A DNA stretch of 32,000 nt from Synechocystis sp. PCC 6803 substr. PCC-P (lineage in GTDB: Bacteria; Cyanobacteriota; Cyanobacteriia; Cyanobacteriales; Microcystaceae). The DNA lies in NCBI RefSeq assembly GCF_000284455.1, contig NC_017039.1, forward strand, positions 1,830,001 through 1,862,000, given 5' to 3'. The notes under the pieces are model-generated. The model made no database searches, was not told where the DNA came from, and worked only from the letters and a program-made list of their open reading frames with translations. The translations under genes and the position numbers were made by a program. Each line of letters starts with the position of its first letter. Position 1 is the first letter of the stretch. Positions 1 to 9,672 of the stretch are shown in pieces.

Positions 1-521
1 TCGGTCGTAGGCAAAACCCGTCACCAGTAAACTTTTATCCAAGCTGGCGGTGGTGGATACTTGGATGGGCCGGCGATTTAATGTGGCTCCTAAACTGGTG
101 GCAGCCCGAAATAATTCCTGGCGAAAGGGATTGTAAACTACGCCCACTGTGGGAATGTCTTGGATCAGTAATCCAATGGAAACACAGGACACAGGATAGC
201 TATGGGCAAAGTTGGTGGTGCCATCGAGGGGATCAATGGCCCAACAAAAAGGATTGTCAACCTGTCCTAACTGCCCTGATTCTTCGGCCAAAATGGCATG
301 GTCTGGGCAACGGCGTTTAATGATTTCCAAAATAATCGCTTCCGCTTGGCGATCGGCTTCCGTAACCAAATCTCCGGCCCGGCCTTTTTCCTGTATCTGT
401 TGCACCTTACCCCAGAGGGAAAAAATTTCCGCCCCCGCCGCCAGCACCGCCTCCGTTGCAATTTCTAACCAAGTTTGTAGATCAGATGGGGAAAAAACGG
501 GTTTTTGGGCAGAAGTCATTA
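1..521 (-). CDS. Inositol monophosphatase family protein (5' part; gene runs off the left edge)
   Basis: Minus-strand reading from ATG at 519-521: MTSAQKPVFSPSDLQTWLEIATEAVLAAGAEIF...GDLVTEADRQAE...ILAEESG...WAIDPLDGTTNFAHSYPVSCVSIGLL. The EE, DPLDGTTNF and GDLVTEAD motifs are typical of IMPase/SuhB. Absent from the ORF track because it has no stop in the window. Confidence 0.93.
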
Positions 522-588
522 CAAAAATTCTCAATTTGGCCAAACGAAAGGTTGCAACTAGGAAAATCAGGTTGTAGTTGTAGCCTAC

Positions 589-978
589 CTAGTCCTCATC
601 TAAAGGCAAACCTAATCGCACCCGACCAGCCCCAAAGTAGCGGCCAAACTGTAACTCATAAACCTCGTCCTCATCTTGGGTTTCCACTTCCAAATCCGAT
701 TGGGCATAACTAACACAGAGAAGAGCATAACCTTGCCGTTGTAGGTCCGGGGATAGTCCCATGGCCTCCGGTTGATGGATTTGCCCAGAAATAACCCGCA
801 CCGCACAGGCCGTACAGGCCCCATTACGACAGGAAAACGGTAACTCAAAACCTTGGTCTTCCGCCTGGTGGAGAATGTAACGGTCGTCGGAGACAATCAC
901 GCTGTAGTCTTTTTCGTTTTGGCGATCGTGGATCAGAACTCGGTGGGAACGGGACATTATGGGCTGGTTTGAATCCAA
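589..978 (-). CDS. [2Fe-2S] plant-type ferredoxin with C-terminal extension; likely start at 957 (MSRSHRV...)
   Basis: ORF with CRNGACTACAV...LLC (CX4CX2C...C) cluster-binding motif. Confidence 0.9.
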   Translation of the reverse strand: MDSNQPIMSRSHRVLIHDRQNEKDYSVIVSDDRYILHQAEDQGFELPFSCRNGACTACAVRVISGQIHQPEAMGLSPDLQRQGYALLCVSYAQSDLEVETQDEDEVYELQFGRYFGAGRVRLGLPLDED

Positions 979-1028
979 ATTAGGTTTGTGTCTTCCACTA
1001 TTGTATAATCATTTCTTGTGACCAAATT

Positions 1029-1115
1029 GGAGAGGTGGCCGAGCGGTTGAAGGCGCAGCACTGGAAATGCTGTTTGGGGGTAACTTCAACGAGGGTTCGA
1101 ATCCCTCCCTCTCCG
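1029..1115 (+). tRNA. tRNA-Ser(GGA)
   Basis: Acceptor stem ggagagg/cctctcc, anticodon loop ctGGAaa within agca...tgct, long class II variable arm, GGTTCGAATCC T-loop. Confidence 0.93.
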
Positions 1116-1139
1116 TTGAGAACAATAGTGACAACTAAG

Positions 1140-1186
1140 ACCAGATAGGGAAATGCAGTTGAAATGCCGCTACCTTGTCTGGTTTT
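1140..1186 (+). terminator. Possible intrinsic terminator downstream of tRNA-Ser
   Basis: ACCAGA ... TCTGGT imperfect stem, extended by atagg/cct, with an internal GCA...TGC hairpin, followed by TTTT. Confidence 0.45.
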
Positions 1187-1261
1187 ATCGTTCCAGGGCT
1201 TGGGCAGTGGGTAGGTCGGAATATGAGAGCAAGGCGACGGAAAGTGTGATAGGTTAGAAAT

Positions 1262-1360
1262 GGCTCGGACTCATGCGATTACAACGCCCAAATCTTGTCA
1301 GGACCGGAAGGTAGCAGCAATAAGGGATGCTTGTGGTAGGCGTGAACTCCGGGCTTCCGG
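1262..1360 (+). ncRNA. ffs: Bacterial small SRP RNA (4.5S-like)
   Basis: Domain IV signature GTCAGGACCGGAAGGTAGCAGCA with flanking complementary arms (acgcc...ggcgt). Ends are approximate. Confidence 0.88.
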
Positions 1361-1387
1361 CTTTTCTGGAGGAAAATAGAGGAGTTT

Positions 1388-2197
1388 ATGGCGAGTGGAA
1401 ATAAGTTTCAGTCGATGTTGCCGGTATCTCCCACAGGCCAATTCATTTGCCAACAGGATTTAAATTTTTACGACAGTAGCGATCACCAGGAATTAGCTAC
1501 CCAAGCAAAACAGGGACGATATTTGCGCCTAACAGAGAAGATTGAACGGTCAGCAGTGTTGGTGGAACAGGCGGAAGACCGTTACCAAGGTTGGCTAGCG
1601 GAGGACGATTTACAAAATTTGACCCCGGCCGTTCATGCTTATCAACCAGTGACAGTAACCAGAGCCGAAATTGAACAGCGAATTTCCCAGGTAATTGACT
1701 ATTTGCTGGAAGCGAAGCAAAGGGAAAATTACTATCTTTGGGGAGGTAATATCGGCCCCAACTACGACTGTTCCGGTTTAATGCAAGCCGCTTTTGCTAG
1801 TCAAGGTATTTGGCTACCCAGGGATTCCTATCAACAGGCCGCCTTTTGTCAGCAAGTAGTTGATGTGAGGCCCCAACGGCGATCGGGAGAATTAAACCAA
1901 GTAATGGTGGAGGCGATCGCCAAGGAATTTTTACCGGGGGATTTAATTTTTTTTGGCAATCAACGGGTGGATCATGTGGGAATGTATCTGGGGGAAGGAA
2001 AATATATCCACAGTTCTGGCAAAACCCATGGCCGCAACGGTATTGGCATCGATTCCCTCACCGATTTAACGGATCCCATTAGCCATAAATATTTTCAAAA
2101 ATGGTGGTTCTGTGGCCGGGTTATAAAAAGTTTTAATCCGGTTGAAGATGAGCTCGCTAGCACGAGCATTGCCGTTGATGCCAGCTTGCTTAAATAA
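1388..2197 (+). CDS. NlpC/P60 family cell-wall peptidase with N-terminal SH3-like region
   Basis: 269-aa ORF; YDCSGLMQAAF catalytic Cys motif, GDLIFFG...VDHVGMYLGEGKYIHSSG His region. Confidence 0.9.
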   Translation: MASGNKFQSMLPVSPTGQFICQQDLNFYDSSDHQELATQAKQGRYLRLTEKIERSAVLVEQAEDRYQGWLAEDDLQNLTPAVHAYQPVTVTRAEIEQRISQVIDYLLEAKQRENYYLWGGNIGPNYDCSGLMQAAFASQGIWLPRDSYQQAAFCQQVVDVRPQRRSGELNQVMVEAIAKEFLPGDLIFFGNQRVDHVGMYLGEGKYIHSSGKTHGRNGIGIDSLTDLTDPISHKYFQKWWFCGRVIKSFNPVEDELASTSIAVDASLLK

Positions 2198-2203
2198 AAT
2201 AAT

Positions 2204-2617
2204 TCATCCGGCAGACTGTTCTGGATTTTTGATTCTCTGTTCCAATTCATCAATGGTTTTCAGAAGTAACCTTTTAGCCTGTAATTTCCAGCCCCACTGT
2301 TGAATTTTGACCGCTATGGGTAAGGCGATCGCCGGAGCCAGAAAGTCCAACGGTTGTTGCAGGGAAATACCAAATAATAAGCCCAAGCCTGCAATACCCC
2401 AAAAAGGTAGGGCAGCCGTTTGACGATTATCTTCCACTAACCGAGGCAAAAATCCCTGGGGCATAATTTCTAGCACCTCAGCTTTTAACTCCTGCTGTTG
2501 TTTGTAGTTGAGAGATAAAGCCATCTTGCGACGAATTTTTTCTATTTTGCGGGCCTCACTGCTGTATTCCGTCAGTTCATCCTCCGCCATCCGCACATAG
2601 GTTTCTAAATTGGCCAT
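2204..2617 (-). CDS. Conserved-looking hypothetical protein with hydrophobic central segments
   Basis: 137-aa ORF, convergent with the NlpC/P60 gene with a 6-bp gap; charged N-terminus then hydrophobic FWGIAGLGLLFGISL... Confidence 0.65.
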   Translation of the reverse strand: MANLETYVRMAEDELTEYSSEARKIEKIRRKMALSLNYKQQQELKAEVLEIMPQGFLPRLVEDNRQTAALPFWGIAGLGLLFGISLQQPLDFLAPAIALPIAVKIQQWGWKLQAKRLLLKTIDELEQRIKNPEQSAG

Positions 2618-2682
2618 GGGCTTACCTGTTACTGTTACCTTTTTAATTAATTGCTCAAGACTCTTCGGCAGAGGCTTTTTTT

Positions 2683-3333
2683 CTAGGAGCCAAAGGGGGT
2701 AAAGCGCACTGGAGCAGTGGGTACTTGTCCCGATTGACAGACTTGGAAACGACCCATGAGGGCAGTGTATTCTAAGCGCCCACCATTAATTTGGTACTCA
2801 TCCCTGGGGCTAGGTAGATGGCCCGCCGGGGCGTTAAGGGTGAAGTCCAAATTTTTCTTGAAAATGACCCACTGGTTCTCTTTACGCCAGCCAATGCGAT
2901 CACCAAATTGGTCGTAGGACTCCGGTGACATTAATCTACCGGGGCGATTCCCCGTGGCCAAAAACGCTTCCAATTGGGGAGTGAAGCCAAAACGATTGTT
3001 GGAATGTTGTAACCATAACTGATCAATGGTTTTCAGATCCTGGCAGGGAATTTGCTCAATAGTGTCGGTGGTCAACCAACCCTGGAGTGTCCGATTGGTA
3101 GCGGCCAACAGCAGGCGGCGGGTAATTTCATTGGCCTGACTAAACTGCTGGGATGCTAAGGCCGTTTCCAAGGGCTGGAAATTTAGTTCCACCTTGGGGA
3201 TCGGGGTGGAAGTATTATTCTGGGGAGCCGGGGCTGTGAACTGGGCCCTAACTAATGGGGCCGTTGTCACCAAGCTTCCTAATAGAACTGTCGCGGCAAG
3301 TTTCAGCAAATGGGTTGCGGTGGTCATAGTCAA
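2683..3333 (-). CDS. Hypothetical exported protein
   Basis: 216-aa ORF with N-terminal signal peptide LLKLAATVLLGSLVTTAPLVRAQF. Contains a GUN4-like C-terminal stretch (TIDQLWLQHSNNRFGFTPQLEAF...DQFGDRIGWR). Confidence 0.75.
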   Translation of the reverse strand: MTMTTATHLLKLAATVLLGSLVTTAPLVRAQFTAPAPQNNTSTPIPKVELNFQPLETALASQQFSQANEITRRLLLAATNRTLQGWLTTDTIEQIPCQDLKTIDQLWLQHSNNRFGFTPQLEAFLATGNRPGRLMSPESYDQFGDRIGWRKENQWVIFKKNLDFTLNAPAGHLPSPRDEYQINGGRLEYTALMGRFQVCQSGQVPTAPVRFTPFGS

Positions 3334-3506
3334 AGGCAGTCAAATTAGGGCAAAAGCTAAACACCGTTGGCGCATTTCAGAATACCACGGACTTTTAGCT
3401 AAATACATGGGAACGTTCCTCCCTAGTGTAGCGAGGAAAAGACTTGCATTAACTGGCGATCGCCCCCAATATGGATCCCTGGGGACTACCGCCTGCCCCA
3501 TATCTA

Positions 3507-3536
3507 TCTAAGGCAATCTAAGGCAATCTAAGGCAA
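3507..3536 (+). repeat. Three tandem copies of 10-bp unit TCTAAGGCAA ending on the pyrB start codon
   Basis: tctaaggcaa tctaaggcaa tctaaggcaa tg read directly. Confidence 0.97.
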
Positions 3537-4531
3537 TGACCATGGTGGCCAGTTGGACTCGAAACCACATTTTAGACCTAACCGATTGGCGGGGCGAAGA
3601 ATTAGACATTGTGCTACAGACCGCCACCACATTCCAGCAAGTACTGAGTGGACAAACAAAAAAAGTACCTGCCCTCCAGGGACAAGTAGTCACCAATCTT
3701 TTTTTTGAGCCATCTACCCGCACCCGCAGCAGCTTTGAGTTAGCGGCCAAGCGCCTTTCCGCTGATGTGATGAATTTTTCCCCTGGTACTTCTTCCCTTA
3801 CCAAGGGAGAGACTATTTTGGACACCGCCAAAACTTACCTTGCCATGGGGTCTGACATTTTTGTTATCCGCCACCAACAGGCCGGGGTGCCCCATTTCAT
3901 TGCTTCCCAAATGGACCGGCTCCAAACCGGAGTCAAGGTACTCAATGCGGGGGATGGGCAACATGAGCATCCTTCCCAAGGATTACTGGATTTATTTACT
4001 ATCTGCTCCCAATTTGCGCCGGACAATCCTGCCATTCAATGCCTCCAGGGAAAGAAGATCGCGGTGGTAGGAGACATTTTACATTCCCGGGTGGCGCGTT
4101 CTAATCTGTGGAGTCTAACTACCGCCGGGGCTGACGTGCATTTAGCGGGGCCTCCCACCCTGTTACCAAAGGAATTTCAACAATTAACCCTAGCGCCGGG
4201 ATCGGGTAAACTCCATTGTCATTGGCAGTTGCAGCCAGCCTTGGAAGGGGCGGATATAGTTATGACTTTGCGGTTGCAAAAAGAACGGATGACAGCCCAT
4301 CTTTTACCCAGTTTGCGGGAATACCACCATTATTTCGGCATTACCCACGATCGCCTAAAGGTGTGTCAACCAGGGGTAAAAGTGCTGCATCCGGGGCCGG
4401 TGAATCGGGGGGTAGAAATTAGCTCCGAACTGATGGATGACCCGGACATTAGCTTGATCCAAGACCAAGTAACCAGTGGAGTAGCCATCCGCATGGCTCT
4501 ACTTTATTTGCTAGGCACTGTTCAGGAATAG
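3536..4531 (+). CDS. pyrB: Aspartate carbamoyltransferase catalytic chain
   Basis: 331-aa ORF; [12 protein letters not shown] carbamoyl-phosphate loop, [25 protein letters not shown]. Confidence 0.97.
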   Translation: MTMVASWTRNHILDLTDWRGEELDIVLQTATTFQQVLSGQTKKVPALQGQVVTNLFFEPSTRTRSSFELAAKRLSADVMNFSPGTSSLTKGETILDTAKTYLAMGSDIFVIRHQQAGVPHFIASQMDRLQTGVKVLNAGDGQHEHPSQGLLDLFTICSQFAPDNPAIQCLQGKKIAVVGDILHSRVARSNLWSLTTAGADVHLAGPPTLLPKEFQQLTLAPGSGKLHCHWQLQPALEGADIVMTLRLQKERMTAHLLPSLREYHHYFGITHDRLKVCQPGVKVLHPGPVNRGVEISSELMDDPDISLIQDQVTSGVAIRMALLYLLGTVQE

Positions 4532-4538
4532 GAGTAAA

Positions 4539-4628
4539 CGGAGAGAGAGGGATTCGAACCCTCGATGGAGCTATAAACCCCATAACTCCTTAGCAGGGAG
4601 CCGCTTTCAACCGCTCAGCCATCTCTCC
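4539..4628 (-). tRNA. tRNA-Ser(GCT)
   Basis: Minus strand ggagaga...tctctcc acceptor stem; anticodon loop ctGCTaa between ctcc and ggag; long variable arm; ggttcgaatcc T-loop. Confidence 0.93.
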
Positions 4629-4774
4629 AGACTGACAGTTCCATATCATAGCAAACAATGACGTCTTCCGCCTTTTTCAACCGGCAATTTCTACTCCCTT
4701 TGATGCGGAGGATAATTCGGAGACTTGACGTTGGTGTTAAAAAATCCAACGTTGAATACCAAAGTAGTTCCCAG

Positions 4775-5677
4775 TTACTGATTTTTACCACTTTCTAAGA
4801 GTTGCCGGAATGAACTCCAACTGGTTTCGTTGGGACGCTGGTCAGATAAGGGTGGCGGTTCAACGTACTCGGGAAAGTTAGTGGTAATTTCCTTCTGCAT
4901 TACTGCCGACAAATCATCGAAGCTGGCTAATTTACGCCCAGCGGTGTTGAAGTATAACAACCCAACTCGATCGCCCATTTCCATCCAAGGTAACCAGTTG
5001 GAAAGCCTAGCCCAACCAACGGAGGCCGGGGCTGAGGTCCCCTGGGGATCCGTCAAAGCGTCGACATCACCAAAGAAGTTGAACATCTCCGTGGCGTGAT
5101 AGGTTCCCCCCACATAGCGCTGAAATTTCCCTCCCAAGGGATTGGGGTAAAACAGGGGCACGGTTACGTTCATCCACCATTGGTTTCCTAACACCGTAAG
5201 TTCCCTGGCGATCGGACTGCCGTCATTGTCCTTTAAGCGATAGCTAAAATTCACCGGATCGTTGGCCACATGAAAGACTTCGACTGTTTTGCCAGTCCAG
5301 GGATTTTCCCACTGACGTAACACTTCTCCGGTAACGGGATCTTTGTAGAGTAAAATCTCCCGGCTCACCATGCGAAAATCTTCGTCATCATGGCCATCTG
5401 CCAGGGGGCCACATTGGCGGATATTCATGCCCTCCACCAGAAAAAGCAAACGGTCTGGCTCTCCTGGAATCCGACTATAGGTTTTACCTTCCCACCAGTA
5501 GATTATCGGTTGACCATCTTCCGTCGAGCAGAAAACCTTCCGGAGGGCTTGCAGTTGACCTTCTGGTTCACCCAGTTCCAAAGCTTGGACAGCAGGGAAT
5601 CCCATACCAGCCACCAGAAGCACTACGGATAAGGGGGAAAGGAAAGCAGAAAAAAATCGTGGCATGGTTAATGCCAT
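4775..5677 (-). CDS. Exported protein, DUF1838-like by recalled motif
   Basis: 300-aa ORF with N-terminal hydrophobic signal; REILLYKDPVTGEVLRQWENPWTGKTVEVFHVANDPVNF resembles the DUF1838 family from memory. Confidence 0.75.
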   Translation of the reverse strand: MALTMPRFFSAFLSPLSVVLLVAGMGFPAVQALELGEPEGQLQALRKVFCSTEDGQPIIYWWEGKTYSRIPGEPDRLLFLVEGMNIRQCGPLADGHDDEDFRMVSREILLYKDPVTGEVLRQWENPWTGKTVEVFHVANDPVNFSYRLKDNDGSPIARELTVLGNQWWMNVTVPLFYPNPLGGKFQRYVGGTYHATEMFNFFGDVDALTDPQGTSAPASVGWARLSNWLPWMEMGDRVGLLYFNTAGRKLASFDDLSAVMQKEITTNFPEYVEPPPLSDQRPNETSWSSFRQLLESGKNQ

Positions 5678-5718
5678 AGTTTGTGCCTCAATAACAATTA
5701 ATAATTAACGCTTGGTTC

Positions 5719-7158
5719 TTAACTTTGTTTCAGCTCAAGGGCATCCTCCGTAGCAGCACCGTGGACCGTTTTCACCCACTTGAGTCGTTTGGGGCGAAAA
5801 GCCATGCGGGCGGTGACGGCGGGCATAATGATCAGCCAGTGGAACATATAAATGGTGCCACCGATGGTGCGAGCTAGTAGGGCCGGCATTTGTTGCCAAG
5901 GAGATTCGCCTTCGCTGGGAGTTAAGCGCTTTAGTCCGTAGTACATGCCCCAACAGGAAAAACCGATCGCCAGATAACTGAGGGGAGTGAGCAGGGGAAA
6001 ACGTCTTTGCCACAGGGCCATGAGTAAATCCGGTACAGCGGCGGTGGGTAAAAGATATTGCATTAATAGAAAGGAAAACAAATCCAACTTTTTCTTCCAG
6101 CCCATGGGTTGGGTGCAAATCCAGCGCCAATAGTCGAGGTATCGTTGGTAGCCGCCTTCCGCCCAGCGATTACGTTGGTGCCAAAGGGCGATCGCCGTGG
6201 TGACTCCCTCTTCTTCCACCGGGGGATTGACTAAAATACCCACTTTCCACTGGTGGAGATGTAAGCGAATGGTTAAGTCTAAATCATCGGTGATGGTCTG
6301 CTCATTCCAGCCGCCCACCGCATCTAGGGCTTGGCGGGCCACAAATTGACCATTACCCCGCAGTTCTCCAATGCCGCCGGTAACGATTCTCTGCTGTTGA
6401 AAATAGGCATCTAGGGCCATTTCCGCCCCCTGGCCCCTGGTCCAAAAATTGACAGCTTCGTTGGCGATCGCTTTGCGTACTTGTAGAGCCCCAAAAGTCG
6501 GTGAAGCAAAATAGGGCACCACCCGCCGCAGTAAATCTTTGGGCACATTGGCATCGGCATCAAATACGCCAACGATGTCCCCTTGGGTTTGGGCTAACAC
6601 TTCATTTAAAGCCCCTGATTTACCGCCACTGGCCCCCGCGCCTCTCCTTACTACTTTTAACTGGGGATACTGCTGACGTAGTTGGTCCAAGATGGCCGGA
6701 GTCCGGTCAGTGCTGTTATCGTCCACAATCCAAACTTCATGGCGATCGCCGGGATAGTCCAAAGAGCATAACTGCTGCACAATTTTGCCAATTACCGCCT
6801 CTTCATTTTTGGCGGCCACCATTAAACAAACCTGGGGATAGGGCACCGTGGATGCATCTCCAGTAAGCAGGGGGGGGGCTTCTTCTGGGGTTGCTTTCAT
6901 TAACCTGAGAGCCTGCAAAGAGAGGGCACCGGTGAGGGCCCACACCAGCCAACTGCCCCAAACCCAGTAATGGAGAGTGATGACGACTGTCCAAATGGCC
7001 ATAAGCATTACCGCTGCTTTTTTGCGCCGCCCCTCCGATCCCCGGAAGAAATCGTTGCGAAAATCCTCCTCCTCCGCTTCGGGATCATCCCATTCGGCTA
7101 GGAAGGCTTCTAAGGGGGACAGCTCGGCATCGTTATCTTTCCACGGAAATTGGGGCAT
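5719..7158 (-). CDS. mgdA: GT2-family membrane glycosyltransferase, monoglucosyldiacylglycerol synthase-like
   Basis: 479-aa ORF; VCLMVAAKNEEAVIGKIV, VDDNSTD, FDADANV, TDDLDLTIRLH, QHRNRWAEGG (QxxRW) plus TM helices; matches recalled sll1377. Confidence 0.85.
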   Translation of the reverse strand: MPQFPWKDNDAELSPLEAFLAEWDDPEAEEEDFRNDFFRGSEGRRKKAAVMLMAIWTVVITLHYWVWGSWLVWALTGALSLQALRLMKATPEEAPPLLTGDASTVPYPQVCLMVAAKNEEAVIGKIVQQLCSLDYPGDRHEVWIVDDNSTDRTPAILDQLRQQYPQLKVVRRGAGASGGKSGALNEVLAQTQGDIVGVFDADANVPKDLLRRVVPYFASPTFGALQVRKAIANEAVNFWTRGQGAEMALDAYFQQQRIVTGGIGELRGNGQFVARQALDAVGGWNEQTITDDLDLTIRLHLHQWKVGILVNPPVEEEGVTTAIALWHQRNRWAEGGYQRYLDYWRWICTQPMGWKKKLDLFSFLLMQYLLPTAAVPDLLMALWQRRFPLLTPLSYLAIGFSCWGMYYGLKRLTPSEGESPWQQMPALLARTIGGTIYMFHWLIIMPAVTARMAFRPKRLKWVKTVHGAATEDALELKQS

Positions 7159-7326
7159 AGGTACCTAGGATGTGGTCAGGAAAACTAGACATTGCCCTCC
7201 ATTCTAGCGATTGCTTGCGATATTTTCGGGGAGTGGCATCTATCCAGGGAAAATCCTTGCCGTTCACTTAGGGGTCGAGGGCTGGAACTTAGGTGCCAAA
7301 ATAGTTTATTTGTTAGGTTTTCTCCC

Positions 7327-8280
7327 ATGGATTTTCGTCGCTGGATTGCCCGCCGTGACCAAGATTGGCAGACTCTGGACCAAATTTTGACCCGTATGGA
7401 AACCAAGGGGATCAAGTTCCTGGCCACGGAGGACATTCAACAGTTGGCTAGTTTATACCGGGCTACTTCCGCCGACCTGGCCCGAGCCCAAACCCATAAT
7501 CTCAATCCCCGCCTGAGGCAAAACTTACAAGCTTTAATCACTAGGGCCTACAGCCAGATTTACCAAGGCGATCGCCGACAGGAATGGGGCAAAGTAAAAG
7601 AATTTTACCTGTGGCAGTTGCCGTTAGTGTTGCGACAAACGGGGATTTACACCATGGCGGCCTTTGGTATTTTTTGCTTCGCCAGTGCCATTGCCTGGTG
7701 GTATAGCTGGCGGGATCCCGCTTTTCTAGAATTGGTGGTGCCAGGGGATTTAATCAGCACTGTTCGGGACGAAGGCCAGCTCTGGATGGGGTCAATTTTA
7801 ACGATGAAGCCGGTGGCGGCCAGTGGCATTATGATCAACAATCTCTCTGTGGCCTTTGGCATGGTGGCCGGAGGAGTGGTGGTGGGACTATGGACTATTT
7901 ACGCTCTGTTTTACAACGGTTTACTGCTGGGGGCGGTGGGAACATTGGTAGCCCAACATAATTTAGCCATTCCCTTTTGGGGCTTTGTTTTTCCCCACGG
8001 TTCCCTGGAATTACCGGCAATTTTTCTGGCAGGGGCAGCGGGATTACTCATTGCTAAGGGCATTGTTTGGCCAGGGCCCTACCGTCGAAGTTACGCCATC
8101 AAACAACAGGCGATCGCCGCCGCTCAATTGGTATTTGGCATTGTGCCCCTGCTGATCGTTGCGGGCATTATTGAAGGGTTTATTTCCCCGGCCCCTTGGA
8201 TTCCCGATGGTTTGAAATATCTTTTGGGAACGGCATTCTTTTTGCTTTTACTCAGCTATGCATCCCGGCAAAGGCCGTAA
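7327..8280 (+). CDS. SpoIIM / DUF95-like integral membrane protein
   Basis: Track ORF 7192..8280; the in-frame ATG at 7327 (MDFRRWIARRDQDWQTLDQIL) is a more plausible start. GFVFPHGSLELPAIFLAGAAGL is typical of SpoIIM-like proteins. Confidence 0.82.
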   Translation: MDFRRWIARRDQDWQTLDQILTRMETKGIKFLATEDIQQLASLYRATSADLARAQTHNLNPRLRQNLQALITRAYSQIYQGDRRQEWGKVKEFYLWQLPLVLRQTGIYTMAAFGIFCFASAIAWWYSWRDPAFLELVVPGDLISTVRDEGQLWMGSILTMKPVAASGIMINNLSVAFGMVAGGVVVGLWTIYALFYNGLLLGAVGTLVAQHNLAIPFWGFVFPHGSLELPAIFLAGAAGLLIAKGIVWPGPYRRSYAIKQQAIAAAQLVFGIVPLLIVAGIIEGFISPAPWIPDGLKYLLGTAFFLLLLSYASRQRP

Positions 8281-8286
8281 CACCAA

Positions 8287-9519
8287 CTAGGACTTTTTGG
8301 TGAAGCAACGGAAGTAAAGGGAGACAAAAAATTCCTTGACAGGAAAAGCAATAAATGTGATCGGGTTGATGGTGACGATGATATTGCGGCTATCCCGTTT
8401 TACCCCCTTCACCACTTGCCGAGCCACCCAGGCTGCACTCATAATCCCCACCGGATTAAGTTTGCTTTTGAACGGTCCTAAAATCAGCTTACGGATCACA
8501 CAGGGGGAATCCAAGCGCTTCAAGGTAACTACATCTCCCAACGCCCGCTTGCTCAGTTCATACAAAGGACTAAAGGCCGGGTTCACCTCCGCTTCAGAGG
8601 TATTGACCCAAATTTCCTTGGTGGCGATGTGGCGGTTAGTTTTCACCGTGGCTAGGAATAATTCCATCAGCCGTAGGGCAGAAAAAGTGTTGACTTCATA
8701 GGCTTCCTGAATTGCCTGGCCATCGCGCCTTTGGTGGACGTTTACCCCATGGTTGATAACTAAAACATCAATTTCCGCCAGTAAATCCTTCAGTTGATCT
8801 TCCTGGCCAATGCACCATTGTTCGGTTCTGATGGGAATAGTTTTCTCTGCTCCGATAACAGTTACTTCCTGACCACAGGACGTAATGGCGATCGCCTTAG
8901 CTCCTTGTTGATGGAGTTCCTGCAACAGGGCTTGGCCAAAACCACCGGAAGCTCCGGTCACTGCAATTTTTTTACCTTTTAGGGACAAAGCGGTGCCCAA
9001 CATTTTATCCACCAAAGTTAAAGTTCCACAGAAGTAAGCATTAGGATCGTCAAAATGATGCCGCCAATGATAAGTCCGGTTCACCATCCACGGGGCCGGT
9101 GGTGTTAAAAATGGCCCGGGGCGATGGGTTAAATCCGTAATTTCGTCTGCATTGGGCAACCCCACTCCCCTGGCGATCGCCGATAGTAAAAAACCTAGGG
9201 TGTAGACCATTCCAGCGCTAGCGGCCAGGATTAGAGGCCACTGACTGAAACCCTGCCACATCCAAGTCAACAGCGGGGGCCAAATACCAAAAGCTAACAT
9301 TACCAATGCTTCCGGTACATCATTGTACCAGTGGGCCTTTTGATAAATTTCCGTACTCACCACCGACAAATCCGACCGAAACACCCGATGGTGCCAACCA
9401 TGGAGACGATAAAGGGGCGACCACACATGGGCCAGGGCATGGTAGCAGTCCCGCACCAGTTCCACCCACAGCACCGAAGCCAGGGCCAAACCCAACCCCA
9501 TTAACCAAGCCATTGCCAT
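8287..9519 (-). CDS. Fusion of membrane fatty-acid hydroxylase/sterol desaturase-like domain with C-terminal short-chain dehydrogenase (SDR) domain
   Basis: Sequence MAMAWLMGLG... reads only on the minus strand (cat at 9517-9519, cta at 8287-8289); the track's + label is wrong. His boxes HALAH, HGWHHR, HWRHH; SDR motifs TGASGGFG, NHG, YELSK. Confidence 0.88.
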   Translation of the reverse strand: MAMAWLMGLGLALASVLWVELVRDCYHALAHVWSPLYRLHGWHHRVFRSDLSVVSTEIYQKAHWYNDVPEALVMLAFGIWPPLLTWMWQGFSQWPLILAASAGMVYTLGFLLSAIARGVGLPNADEITDLTHRPGPFLTPPAPWMVNRTYHWRHHFDDPNAYFCGTLTLVDKMLGTALSLKGKKIAVTGASGGFGQALLQELHQQGAKAIAITSCGQEVTVIGAEKTIPIRTEQWCIGQEDQLKDLLAEIDVLVINHGVNVHQRRDGQAIQEAYEVNTFSALRLMELFLATVKTNRHIATKEIWVNTSEAEVNPAFSPLYELSKRALGDVVTLKRLDSPCVIRKLILGPFKSKLNPVGIMSAAWVARQVVKGVKRDSRNIIVTINPITFIAFPVKEFFVSLYFRCFTKKS

Positions 9520-9644
9520 ACGTTAAAAATTTTTACTGGTATGTTAAGTTTTGTTCTATCGATGGTAACGGTTTACGGTCCGGGCAGATCCATTTGCTCA
9601 GATATTTTTCAAAAAAAACAACATGTGCAGTACTTTTGTTGGGT

Positions 9645-9672
9645 TTGACATGAACTACATCTATTTTATATG
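9645..9672 (+). promoter_or_regulatory. Candidate sigma70-type promoter (TTGACA - 16 nt - TATATG)
   Basis: ttgaca at 9645-9650, tatatg at 9667-9672, in a gene-poor interval. Confidence 0.35.

Noticed and set aside
4728-4752. Hairpin ACGTTGG...CCAACGT downstream of the DUF1838-like gene
   Set aside because: Seven-bp stem with no following T-tract in the relevant orientation; could be weak structure but not a supported terminator.
9306-9653. Proline-rich 115-aa plus-strand ORF
   Set aside because: Mostly antisense to the strongly supported hydroxylase/SDR gene; low-complexity PTPxP sequence looks like shadow coding.
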